From positions 1 to 39,870 of the forward strand of contig MRSU01001247.1 in NCBI GenBank assembly GCA_008369845.1: a stretch of DNA of 39,870 nucleotides. The letters are read 5' to 3'. Below the pieces are notes generated by a model. It saw nothing but the letters and a program-made list of their open reading frames with translations. It did not search any database and was not told the origin of the DNA. This document shows positions 15,063 to 24,447 of this stretch, one piece after another (position 1 is the first letter of the stretch; the number at the start of each line of letters is the position of its first letter). Both the position numbers and the translations under genes were made by a program. Source of the DNA: Trichomonas gallinae. Lineage: Eukaryota.

Positions 15063-17453
15063 TTAGTAGAGACTTCTGACGAAATTCAAAAGATCTTTCT
15101 TATCCTGACGCTTGATGTTCCATGTGAAGCCAGTCTCAACGATTGACACCATGTGTGCCATTGTGTATCTCTTCGCGTTCTCGACTGCCCACTTCTTGAA
15201 GTCGTCGATCGGGTTAAAGTACATCTGCACGAACCCAACGACCCAAGTATTGTCTGGCTGTATCCTCTTCTTAGTTAACTGTGCGAAATCGTGCGACATT
15301 GTCTTGAAGTCAGAAAGCATAGTATTGCGGCCTTCGTTCGTAACCTTTTGTACTGAAGCGAAGTCGTTAATCAGCGAGAAGCAAGTGAAATTCCACAAGG
15401 CGACCAATATCTCGTCCTTGTGCTCCTGCGCCAGCTTCATCTCATCAACCTGCTTGATGAAAGCGGCGACGCCGTCCGCGTAAAGCTTGCAGAAGTCGTG
15501 AGATACTAAAGGCTCGCTGATCGCCCACTTCGTGTTCCTCACCTGGTTGTCGAACTCCGTCAAGTTGACCATAGATGGGCCGAAGAATGGGAAGCAGAAG
15601 CTGGAGAAGCTCTGCAAGAAGATGGAGACAACATCAGAGAAGAACCTTCTTAAAGCGCCGAGGCTGTTCTCAGGTAAACTCTCTTCAATGAAGTTCCTGA
15701 CGCTCCTAAGATACCAAGCGATGCTCTTCATGTTGTCTGAAGCTGCAGAAGCCTGATCCAAGCATCTCAAGAGCTCGTCGCTGACTTGTCCTTCGCTGGG
15801 GTAGACAGCCTGTATATCCTGAAGGTGGTGGATGACGCGGCTGAGACAATCCATTCCATCTGGTGTCAAAAGTATGGAATATTGGCTAATGAAGATTAGT
15901 TTGCCTACAGGTGACATCTCGAGAGGCTTAAGAGGTGCATTTCTGTGGAAAAGATGAAGAGCTGACAATCCATAAAATTCGACAAGTTGCTGGATGCCTC
16001 TGAAAGCTTCTCCGGCGAGTTTGGGAACAGCTTTCATGAGCGTTAAGTACTGGTGGATGAATTTGAGTACGTTTGAGCATGAATTTGTTGTCTTTGAGTG
16101 ATCGAATTCATATGCTGGCGAAATGTTGATGCTTGTCATGCCTGATGAAGGTTTATCGCCGAATGCATCGCTGCTCTCCTTGATTGGAATGGACAATGAC
16201 AGAATCATGCGCTCGAAGCTCGAATCTGATGGACATCTGTCCCAAGAATCTGTTTCGAGGACTTCTCTGACGGCCTCCATGGCGTTCTTGTGGAATAGCT
16301 TAAAGTACTTAGTTGTAATAGTGTCCATAGCGTTGGAAAGTTGGCCGCCTGGAAGATCTACAACAGTTGCACCGAATTGGACAAAGCTTGTTGTGAGTTT
16401 GAGCAAAGCATCGAATGTTTCGAAGTTCAATTTGGCAATTGGAGCTTTAAGAAGAAGCTGAGTGACTTGATTTTCCGAATTATCCCAGATTGTTTTTGCC
16501 ATTGCTTCAATTGACTTGCGGATTGGCTCATAGTCAGGGGAGCCTCTATGCCATAGCACAATTTGCTGGTGGATGCGTGAAATCATTGAAGAAGCGTCGA
16601 TAAACTTTTCATAAACAGTTCTGAAAGATTTAGCCTTTGTTATATCAGCGCCGAGCATTATCTTATCTTGCGATGATTTATAGTTATTAAGAAAAGCGTC
16701 TTGAATCTTTGCTGGCACTGTATTGATTTTATTGATTATTTGATATGAATGCATGAGATTTTCGTATATATTTCTGTCGAAATTAGTTGTCATCTCAACT
16801 AATGTCTTATCCATTTCCTCTAAAACACGCGCGTACATATTTTGGAGAGATGAAATTAAATCTTCAACTCCGCTTAAAGATCTGATCTCTGACTTGAGGT
16901 CAGCTGGTTTCAAGCAGAGATCCAAAGCTTTTACGAAATCTTTCTTGGCAATTGCGTTATTTAAGTCATCTGTACTCTTAAATATCTGATTAACAGCGGC
17001 AACGAGTTCAATGACAGATGCAAGGTTCTTGCGCTTAACAATTTGCCTGAAGAAAATGCGTGGAGTTTCTGATATTTCTGTTTCTGCAGCTAACATGACT
17101 TGGCGTGTTTGTCTGACATTCGATGTAGTTAGATTGAGTTGTCTGTTGAGCTCTGATATCATTTGCATTGATTTAAGGTATGTATTGTAATTTGCGAGAA
17201 GATCTTTATTGAGAGATCGAGAAATCATATCAAGGGCTTCACTCTCACCCTGAATTCTATCTGTTAGCAGCTGATCGAAGTTCGGATCATCGATTGGTGG
17301 AATTAAATCGATTGTTGCTGCAATTGGATCCTCGACGTCCTTCTCAAAGAACTTCTCCGGGACGTACTGCTTGATGGTGTCAAGCTGCTCGGCTGAAAAG
17401 TGGTGGTAGGGGACTTTGCTCTCTCCTTGGGAAGGAGGAGATTTTGATGACAT
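15063..17453 (-). CDS. VPS50: Syndetin / EARP complex subunit Vps50
   Basis: N-terminal Vps54_N-like coiled coil; FH...MEAVREVLETDSWDRCP; TNSCSNVLKFIHQY; C-terminal 'FASVQKVTNEGRNTMLSDF...Y' syndetin tail. ATG 17453 follows Inr plus AAAGTGAC. Confidence 0.85.
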   Translation of the reverse strand: MSSKSPPSQGESKVPYHHFSAEQLDTIKQYVPEKFFEKDVEDPIAATIDLIPPIDDPNFDQLLTDRIQGESEALDMISRSLNKDLLANYNTYLKSMQMISELNRQLNLTTSNVRQTRQVMLAAETEISETPRIFFRQIVKRKNLASVIELVAAVNQIFKSTDDLNNAIAKKDFVKALDLCLKPADLKSEIRSLSGVEDLISSLQNMYARVLEEMDKTLVEMTTNFDRNIYENLMHSYQIINKINTVPAKIQDAFLNNYKSSQDKIMLGADITKAKSFRTVYEKFIDASSMISRIHQQIVLWHRGSPDYEPIRKSIEAMAKTIWDNSENQVTQLLLKAPIAKLNFETFDALLKLTTSFVQFGATVVDLPGGQLSNAMDTITTKYFKLFHKNAMEAVREVLETDSWDRCPSDSSFERMILSLSIPIKESSDAFGDKPSSGMTSINISPAYEFDHSKTTNSCSNVLKFIHQYLTLMKAVPKLAGEAFRGIQQLVEFYGLSALHLFHRNAPLKPLEMSPVGKLIFISQYSILLTPDGMDCLSRVIHHLQDIQAVYPSEGQVSDELLRCLDQASAASDNMKSIAWYLRSVRNFIEESLPENSLGALRRFFSDVVSIFLQSFSSFCFPFFGPSMVNLTEFDNQVRNTKWAISEPLVSHDFCKLYADGVAAFIKQVDEMKLAQEHKDEILVALWNFTCFSLINDFASVQKVTNEGRNTMLSDFKTMSHDFAQLTKKRIQPDNTWVVGFVQMYFNPIDDFKKWAVENAKRYTMAHMVSIVETGFTWNIKRQDKKDLLNFVRSLY

Positions 17454-17470
17454 TTTTGTCACTTTTATGA
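17454..17470 (-). promoter_or_regulatory. Trichomonad core promoter: Inr (TCATA) plus M2 motif AAAGTGAC
   Basis: The minus strand reads TTCATAAAAGTGACAAAAATG. The same AAAGTGAC occurs upstream of SRP68 (about 23696-23703). Confidence 0.75.
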
Positions 17471-17925
17471 ATCGATGCTCAAAAAAACACTCGAAAACCA
17501 CTTCATTGCATCCTTTATCTTATAGAGAATAATTTTTGTCGTATAAACTTTGCTTTATATCGACTTTATAGCGATTTTCACTGAAGATGATATTATTATC
17601 AAAACAAGACTATAATCATACGAATAAATTTATTCTACACTTCTTATAGTATAATATACACTCTCAATTTCTCACCATTTTTAGTTTTTTGGAATATTGA
17701 TACATATATGCTAACAAGAATGGGAATTAAACATATTGATAAGGAAGATTCTGATGCTGCTTTTGTAGAGATCAAATTTGTGATTAATAACAAAATAAAT
17801 TATTTTTTGATGAAATATCGAGTTAAACAGTAAAATTGAGTATAGTAACTACATCTTTCTTGTGTCTATAGTAGATGAGTAATAAAAGAAGGGAAATTTG
17901 AAGTAAAATAAAAAAATCAAAATGT

Positions 17926-19095
17926 TTATTCTTCACCAAAAACGATTCCGAGTTCTCTAGCAGCGGATTCTGGAGCATCAGAGCCATGACACAAGTTCTC
18001 TGTTGTGCTTCTCGCGTACAATGCGCGGAGTGAGTTCGGGGCCTGTTCTACTGCGACCTCCTTCTTTGTTGGGCCGATTATCTGCCTCCACCTCTGGATC
18101 GCGTCTGGGCCGACGAGCTCGAGGCCGACGACTGTGTCCGATGTCATGTAGCCCGATAATGTTGGGAAGAAGTCCTTTCCGACGTGTTCTGCGTAGAACT
18201 TCTCTGCGAAGGCCTGGTCCATCTTGAAAGTCTTCAGTCTCTCGATCTTGAGGCCCTCCTGGATGATGCGGTCGATGACCTTGCCCCAGAACTCCTCGTA
18301 GCCAGGCTTGATCATGGCGTATGTGTGCTGGTCTGGCTCTCTGAAGAGCTCGCCCTCGTAAATTCCGTTTCCGAAGTAGCAATTTGCAAATTCTGTGTCG
18401 GAGAGGGAGAAGATGAAGCCTGGCCAGTTGACTGAGCGGAGCTGGACTTCATTTGGATCGCTTGTTTCGACAACACGCCATCCCTTGAGATCTGTTAATG
18501 GTTCTGTGAAATCTAATGCTGGATTTGAGAATGCCTTCTCGAGTGGTGTGAGTGGCTTCTCTCTTGGCGTCCAGTGCCTGAAATTGGAAAGATCGCTGCA
18601 ATCTTTGATTGGGATGCCAGACCACATTGGATTTGTAAGGACATAGTCAAGTGCTGTCTCGCAGAGGTATCCTCTTGGGAAAAGAATGCAGTTATCGAGA
18701 AGATCGAAAACTATTGAAGAAAGTCTCTGTTCTTCGCTGACATGGCGGCCTGATGGTGTGTCGAACTCAGAGATGAGGCTGCCCGTGAGTGGTAATGAGA
18801 TTTGAATAGCTTCTTTGAGAAGAGCATCTTCGACTCTTGGTAAAGTATTCCAAGAAGTGGCGTCTCTCGAGCAATAAAAGTTTGTTGGGTAGTAGTAATT
18901 TGTTTCTGTTGAGAATGCGATGTAATAATCCTTATTAATGGCAAGAATCTTGCCCAAGAAATACATAGCCTCAGACTTCGTTTGATTTTGGAGCATTCTT
19001 AAGGAGCACTCGATTTTGTGTGCCTCTATCTGCGAGATGTTGCAGCCCTGATTAGGGATACGCTCGATGAGGTTACGGAGTTGTCCAATCTCCAT
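17926..19095 (-). CDS. Fusion of a radial spoke head protein 9 (RSPH9)-like domain and a nucleoside diphosphate kinase domain
   Basis: RSPH9 motifs FLGKILAINKDYYIA, EEQRLSSIV, PRG, LRSVNWPGF...CYFGNG, then NDK TYAMIKP...FYAEHVGKDFF...WRQIIGP...NLCHGSDAPESAARE. The ORF extends to ATG 19158, but 19095 (MEIGQL) fits the RSPH9 N-terminus better. Confidence 0.85.
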   Translation of the reverse strand: MEIGQLRNLIERIPNQGCNISQIEAHKIECSLRMLQNQTKSEAMYFLGKILAINKDYYIAFSTETNYYYPTNFYCSRDATSWNTLPRVEDALLKEAIQISLPLTGSLISEFDTPSGRHVSEEQRLSSIVFDLLDNCILFPRGYLCETALDYVLTNPMWSGIPIKDCSDLSNFRHWTPREKPLTPLEKAFSNPALDFTEPLTDLKGWRVVETSDPNEVQLRSVNWPGFIFSLSDTEFANCYFGNGIYEGELFREPDQHTYAMIKPGYEEFWGKVIDRIIQEGLKIERLKTFKMDQAFAEKFYAEHVGKDFFPTLSGYMTSDTVVGLELVGPDAIQRWRQIIGPTKKEVAVEQAPNSLRALYARSTTENLCHGSDAPESAARELGIVFGEE

Positions 19096-19124
19096 GCTAA
19101 CTAATTCTAACGTATTTTTCGGCC

Positions 19125-19582
19125 GACATGTGACATGAATTTTCTTTTCATTACTCATTTTTTATTATTTATAATGCTATATTTTTGTTTATAAAATGAT
19201 AATTTCTTATTTTTATCTGTTGAAAATGAGTATTTTGTGGTGAAATAGATTTTTGACACATGACATGTGATGTGAATTTACTATTCTTTCTCTGTTTTTT
19301 AATACTAATATCAATGTCTTATGATTTGCAAAGTTATAATTTACTTTTTTATTTTGTTGAAAATAAATATTTTGCAGTGATTTGAAGATTTGACATCAGA
19401 CATGTGATATGAATTATAAAAATTAATATAGTAATTTTATTCGATATATAAATTATATATGTAAAAAAAATTAAATATTGAAATTTTGTTGCTTGAAATT
19501 AAGTTCTCTATCGAGATATTGAAATTTGACAAGTGACATGTGATATGATAATTTGTTTTTGAAGTAATGACATGTGATGTGA
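19125..19582. repeat. Diverged ~137-bp tandem repeat carrying a conserved GACATGTGAYRTGA core
   Basis: Core at 19125, 19262, 19399, 19535 (periods 137, 137, 136) plus an extra copy at 19569; units 1 and 2 also align outside the core. Confidence 0.8.
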
Positions 19583-19919
19583 TAATTTTATTTGCAATAT
19601 TCGATTTATTAAAATATTTAAATAACCTATTAGCTAATAAATCAAAATAATGTGTTTTAAAGACAAAAAATTAAATAGAATGTCAAATTTCAAAATTGTT
19701 TATCTTTAATTCCCGAAAATATGAATATATATCTCATAAGAATAATAAATATAATCCAATATCGGGAAAATAAATGTGAAACAATGTCAAGCGAAATGTC
19801 AGTTTATTGAATTAAGCGGCAGATCGATATATTAAGGAAAGAAATATCTAAAAACGCAGAAAAATTTTAATTCTTCCATAAGGTCCGTGTAAAGTTTACA
19901 AACAGCTCACTTCGAGAAA

Positions 19920-20342
19920 ATGTCTATGCTTCTTGATATCACTAAGGAGGCCCGTAACGCCTACGAGGAGCTCCACCGCAGCCGCACAGCAAATCACGCA
20001 ATCTTACTTAAGCCAGACGTTGATACACTCTCAGTCCAGCTTCTCGAGGAATTCAAGGAGGGTATCCCACTCGATGACTTAGCTTCAAAGCTCCCAACAG
20101 ATCAGCCAAGATTCATGATCGTTATGCCGGAGCGCACACACGCTGATGGCCGTAAATCATATCCAATCGTTTTGATCGCTTACTGCCCACCAGGCCAGTC
20201 CCCACAGACAAACATTGTTTACTCCAATGCCCGTGGCCAGATCGCCAAGGAATTCAACATCACATACGTTTGGGAAATTAAGAAGAAATATCAGCTCGGC
20301 GACGAAGAAATGGCAGAGAAGTTCCAGACAAACAAGTGGTAA
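19920..20342 (+). CDS. GMF: Glia maturation factor (ADF/cofilin superfamily)
   Basis: LPTDQPRF...HADGRKSYPIVLIAYCPPG...YS is the GMF signature; 140 aa; Inr TCACTT at 19907; strongly biased codons. Confidence 0.85.
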   Translation: MSMLLDITKEARNAYEELHRSRTANHAILLKPDVDTLSVQLLEEFKEGIPLDDLASKLPTDQPRFMIVMPERTHADGRKSYPIVLIAYCPPGQSPQTNIVYSNARGQIAKEFNITYVWEIKKKYQLGDEEMAEKFQTNKW

Positions 20343-20634
20343 AATTGAGTAATTTTAAATCAAGCGCTTTTAGATTATCTAACAGCTTTTTTAAATGAAA
20401 TAATTTAATATAATACAAATTTTATAAAACATATAAACATATAAGTTGCGCTAATATAAATCAGCACAATGAGTAGTTCAAATCATAGCAAATCATTGCT
20501 AAAATTAATTTGACATAATTAATAATGAACGCAAGTTAATTTTGACCGACGGAGATTCTTGTTTTCAAGCGAATTATGATCTTCTAAGCTAATTGTAGTT
20601 ATAAACGAAAAAAATTAATTAATGTTATTGCATT

Positions 20635-21975
20635 CTATTTGTAATTGATAAGAAGCAATGTTAAGCTTGAAGAAGGCCTAGTGCTAATTTGAAAAGACTG
20701 GTTTGGCGGAACAAAATAATCCGCATGATCTTCTAGACGATATTGGCGGCCATTGAGTGTCATAGTGCCATAACCATCAATGTGAACTAAATGTCTGCCG
20801 TAATTTTCTACACCAAAATCTCTTGAAGAATCTGGTTGAATTGTAATTTCTTCTTCTTCGTAAGGACCAGGAATGAGATCAGCGGAATTAGTTTGTTCTT
20901 TCTTCGGAGATTGCTTTGTTTTTGGTTCGTTTTTGACTTTTTCAGAGATTTGTGAAGCAGATTCTGAATTTTGTGTCATTTGTGATGATGGCTGACTGTA
21001 ATTTTCAACACCCATCACATAACGAAGATTTCCTTCACCTACACCGTATTTAATATGTTCATTCTTCCAATGTTTCAATGGTTTGACTCTAATTCTCTTA
21101 GATCTGCGGAGAGCTATTGGCAGGTCATCATCTTCTGGTGTTGGCTCAATAACATCGGGAATAATAATTTGTTGTTCATCTTCACTTGAAACCATATTAA
21201 AATCATATTTCCTTTGGGTTTTAGCCTTTGTTCTCTTAGGCTTTTGAGAACTTTCTATGATTTCTTCTATTTTTGATGGAGATTTCTTTGTAGACTTTAA
21301 TTTCTTGAGCTCAGCTTTTGCTTTGTTTGATTGTTTTATATTAAGTTCCTCGTTGCGCTTTTCTTCAGCAATTTCTTTAAGTGATTTTAATCTTCTTCGT
21401 TTTGGCTTTTCCGTTTCTGTTCTAGATGCTTCTTTTTGTAATTTTTGTTTTGGTGATTGTTTTTTAGTAGATGAAGGTTTTGGTTCTGGAGTCTTCTGTA
21501 TATTTAAATTATCTCGCGACTTTGACCTTTTTTCTGCCGAATTTTGATTCTCTGTATTTGGCTTAGCAGGAGAAATTTCAAGATCAGATTCGCTGGATCC
21601 AAAATTCAATGATTGAATCTCGTTATCTGAATCCACGCTTGGAATCGTAATATGCTGAAACACTACTTCCGGTTTTTTGTTAAGCTTAGGTTTTGGCAAT
21701 GATAATTCCGATTCATCATCCGAATTTATTTTTTGTTTTGTTTTTGTAATCGTTGAGCGAGGTTTTGTGACTTTATTTTCTATTATTCTCTTAGGCAATT
21801 CCAATGGTTGATTCCAGGTCATTTGAGGAACACTTTTTGGCGAATTTTTATTCCAAAACTCTTTAATATCTTCGAATGTGCTTTTATTTGTGGATGTATT
21901 AGTTTCAGTATTGTCTGTGTATGATTTTACTATTGCTGATGGATCCCATTCTCCTGTATCTGAAGAAGAATCCAT
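20635..21975 (-). CDS. CENPC: Centromere protein C (CENP-C/Mif2)-like
   Basis: CENP-C motif LRRSKRIRVKPLKHWKNEHIKY; C-terminal cupin (HIDGYGTMTLNGRQYRL...YFVPPNQSFQI); basic, disordered N-terminus; Inr TCATTT just before ATG 21975. Confidence 0.8.
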   Translation of the reverse strand: MDSSSDTGEWDPSAIVKSYTDNTETNTSTNKSTFEDIKEFWNKNSPKSVPQMTWNQPLELPKRIIENKVTKPRSTITKTKQKINSDDESELSLPKPKLNKKPEVVFQHITIPSVDSDNEIQSLNFGSSESDLEISPAKPNTENQNSAEKRSKSRDNLNIQKTPEPKPSSTKKQSPKQKLQKEASRTETEKPKRRRLKSLKEIAEEKRNEELNIKQSNKAKAELKKLKSTKKSPSKIEEIIESSQKPKRTKAKTQRKYDFNMVSSEDEQQIIIPDVIEPTPEDDDLPIALRRSKRIRVKPLKHWKNEHIKYGVGEGNLRYVMGVENYSQPSSQMTQNSESASQISEKVKNEPKTKQSPKKEQTNSADLIPGPYEEEEITIQPDSSRDFGVENYGRHLVHIDGYGTMTLNGRQYRLEDHADYFVPPNQSFQISTRPSSSLTLLLINYK

Positions 21976-22018
21976 AAAATGAATAGATAAAAAGTGCCTA
22001 TTTGATATATTTTTCAAT

Positions 22019-22085
22019 TGACATGTAAACATAATTTTTGTCATGTAAAATATTTTTGTCATTTTAATGATTTTTGACATGTAAA
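22019..22085 (-). promoter_or_regulatory. Four direct copies (one degenerate) of TTTACATGWCA upstream of the CENP-C-like gene
   Basis: Plus-strand TGWCATGTAAA at 22019, 22039, 22075 and degenerate TGTCATTTTAA at 22057 (spacing 20, 18, 18). Confidence 0.7.
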
Positions 22086-22150
22086 TTCTAAATTTTTTGC
22101 TAAAAAATATAAATCTTTACCAGAAAGAAAATTATATCTAAAAACTAAAA

Positions 22151-23680
22151 TTACCAGAACTTCAGCTTGGAAACGAGACCTTTCTTCTTAAGCTTACCTT
22201 CTAAGGATGGGAACTGAAGATAGTCTCCTGCAAGATCGAAGATCATAGGCTTTGGAGTGATAACCTTTGCCTTTGGTGGAACTACGACAAGTGTATCACA
22301 TGGAGTATAAGATTTCTGATCTGAAAGGAATGGTTTCTGAACTGTATTTTCAGAATCCTTCTTAAGACCATTGACAGATGCTACAGCTTCGATTCTTGCT
22401 GTGCGGATCTTAGTCAAGATACGCTCAGCCCAGTTCTTGAGAGCTGGTGGTTCTTCAATAGATTCGCTCTCGATAATTTGTAAAGTCTTTGTAGCATGGT
22501 TGAAAGCGCGCTGGAGCATTGTAATTGTCTCAGCACCAGACTTGGCTTCACCAATATAGAAACACTTAATTGCATGCCAAAGATATTCATATGCTTCGAT
22601 TGTTGTATCGGCTTCGAACTGTGGACGAACTTCAACGATACGAGAATATGTTCTGCCAGCGAACTCTGCACGTTCAGCAGCTGTGCTGAATGACCCAATA
22701 AGAGCGTGGGATCTTTCGAGTGTTGCAACAAAGCTGTTCCAGCGGAGGAAGTGATCAAGACGTGCGAGATCTTCGTTTGTGTTCTGCTGGGCAAGGTTGT
22801 GGACGATTTGGCGAGCGCCGTGTGACTCAGCGATCAAACGATCGAAAAGTGTGACGCGGAACTCGTGGTCTGAGATTTCGGATTGTGTATCATTGATCAA
22901 GTCAACGATGTTGGCGAGCTTGGATTTGAGGCCTTCGTGGTTGATTGGAATTGTCAATCCGCGCCACTTGACTTCGCTGACCTTGCGTGTTGATGAATTC
23001 AAAGCGTTGATAGAGACGATGTTCTTGACCTTCTCCTTGAGCTCAGCAGAAGCCTGGATATTTTCTGATTCGCCCATGTTGTAGCGACAGTAGACAAGAA
23101 GTGGTTCAATATCTTCTGTAATGTCGTGGCAGTGATGAGCGAGATTTGAGTCGTATGTTGATTGTCCGAGAGCCTTGAATGTTTCAGAAACATCAACGAA
23201 CTTCTTTAAGGCATCAGCCCAGTGACCTAATTCGAGTGAAAGTGTTGCAGATGCGTAGTTTGCGAAAGCGTTGACTTCTAATTGTGTTGACTCTGTTCCG
23301 AATGTTTTTGCGGCTTCTTGAGCGCGTGTCCACCAAACGAGGCATTTGCGGAGACGGCGAAGAGCGTGCTGACGGCGTGGTCCTCTTGCGTTAAGCTTAA
23401 GTTCGCGGAATCTTGCCCATATTCCATCAGCCTGAAGAACAAGTAACTCAATATGCTGAGAGTTTTGGTATCTGTCTGGTGTTAAATCGAACTCTTTGCC
23501 TCCCTTGATTCCGAGTTTAGCGCGAATTGTTTTGCATCTGCGGTTGCAATATTGCGAATAGCGAAGAAATTGGTTATCTGGAACGCCATAAGCGCGCTGC
23601 TTGCCGCGGATTAAATTAGTGACCTGAAGTCCAGAACGGATAATATCGACTTCAGGAGCAACTTTATTCTCTTCAGTCAT
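22151..23680 (-). CDS. SRP68: Signal recognition particle subunit SRP68
   Basis: QRAYGV...YSQYCNRRCKTIR; HALRRLRK; IEPLLVYCRYN; C-terminal KPMIFDLAGDYLQFPSL...GLVSKLKFW. Confidence 0.92.
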   Translation of the reverse strand: MTEENKVAPEVDIIRSGLQVTNLIRGKQRAYGVPDNQFLRYSQYCNRRCKTIRAKLGIKGGKEFDLTPDRYQNSQHIELLVLQADGIWARFRELKLNARGPRRQHALRRLRKCLVWWTRAQEAAKTFGTESTQLEVNAFANYASATLSLELGHWADALKKFVDVSETFKALGQSTYDSNLAHHCHDITEDIEPLLVYCRYNMGESENIQASAELKEKVKNIVSINALNSSTRKVSEVKWRGLTIPINHEGLKSKLANIVDLINDTQSEISDHEFRVTLFDRLIAESHGARQIVHNLAQQNTNEDLARLDHFLRWNSFVATLERSHALIGSFSTAAERAEFAGRTYSRIVEVRPQFEADTTIEAYEYLWHAIKCFYIGEAKSGAETITMLQRAFNHATKTLQIIESESIEEPPALKNWAERILTKIRTARIEAVASVNGLKKDSENTVQKPFLSDQKSYTPCDTLVVVPPKAKVITPKPMIFDLAGDYLQFPSLEGKLKKKGLVSKLKFW

Positions 23681-23754
23681 TTTTGGCCAGATATTGTCAC
23701 TTTTATGTCAAACGACCCTAATTTACATTTTTTCTTTCTCGTGCAATAACCCTA

Positions 23755-24245
23755 TGTTTTTGTTTTTATTGTGTTTTCTAGCTATTTATATCTATTTAAA
23801 ACTATTTTCCTTCGAATTGTCTTCTGAAATCATTCCTATTTATTAAATTGAATTTATCTTTAATTTTACATGAGTTATAAGACATTGCACAGTTGGAAAA
23901 TTAATATTATCAGTAAGTTGCATTGGTTACCAAATATATTATAACTTGTTGAGAATATTATCAAAAAACAATAATTTCAAATTGGAATCATGTTTTTTTT
24001 TTTTTTCTACTATTCACATATATTTCTAACTATTTTCTCTATTCCATTGTTTTCTGAAATCAATTCTATTATTGAATTCATAGATATTGAAAATGGAATC
24101 TATGAAATGAAAAATAACAATTAACACAGTTGGAAATTAAATTTGTTTAATAAGTTAAATTGGATGCCAAATAGACTATTAATTACTAAAGATATTATTG
24201 AATTTGAAAAATTTCAAATGGTATTCATGTTTTTTGTTTTTGCTT
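23755..24245. repeat. Diverged ~235-bp tandem duplication in the SRP68/UBR divergent promoter
   Basis: TCTGAAATCA at 23823 and 24053; CACAGTTGGAAA at 23888 and 24125; shared TAAGTT..ATTGG...CCAAATA and AATTTCAAAT..G.ATCATGTTTTTT blocks. Confidence 0.75.
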
Positions 24246-24447
24246 TTTATCTCATCTGATGTTAGCATTTATAATACAATAGTATCATGTTGTTTGACTC
24301 AAGGGAACAATCAGATAACATTTTGAAATTAACCAATATTTTGTTTTTATTGTGAGTATGTTATATAAAATCTATTGCGATAAAAATTAAGAACAATTAA
24401 TTTTTGGACCTATTTTTAGTTGGCCAGCCCCTTAATAACATAAATCA

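Noticed and set aside
17978..18646. Overlapping Arg/Gly-rich ORFs within the NDK region
   Set aside because: Alternative frames left open by locally high GC3; no domain signal.
19125..19582. CRISPR-like array
   Set aside because: Eukaryotic context, only a 14-nt core, ~123-nt spacers that are homologous to each other, and no cas genes.
21976..22080. N-terminal extension of the CENP-C-like ORF (likewise extensions at 17454-17501, 28561-28602, 33131-33160 and 36840-36911)
   Set aside because: They run through promoter motifs upstream of an Inr and/or begin at non-ATG codons; the downstream ATG is the likelier start.
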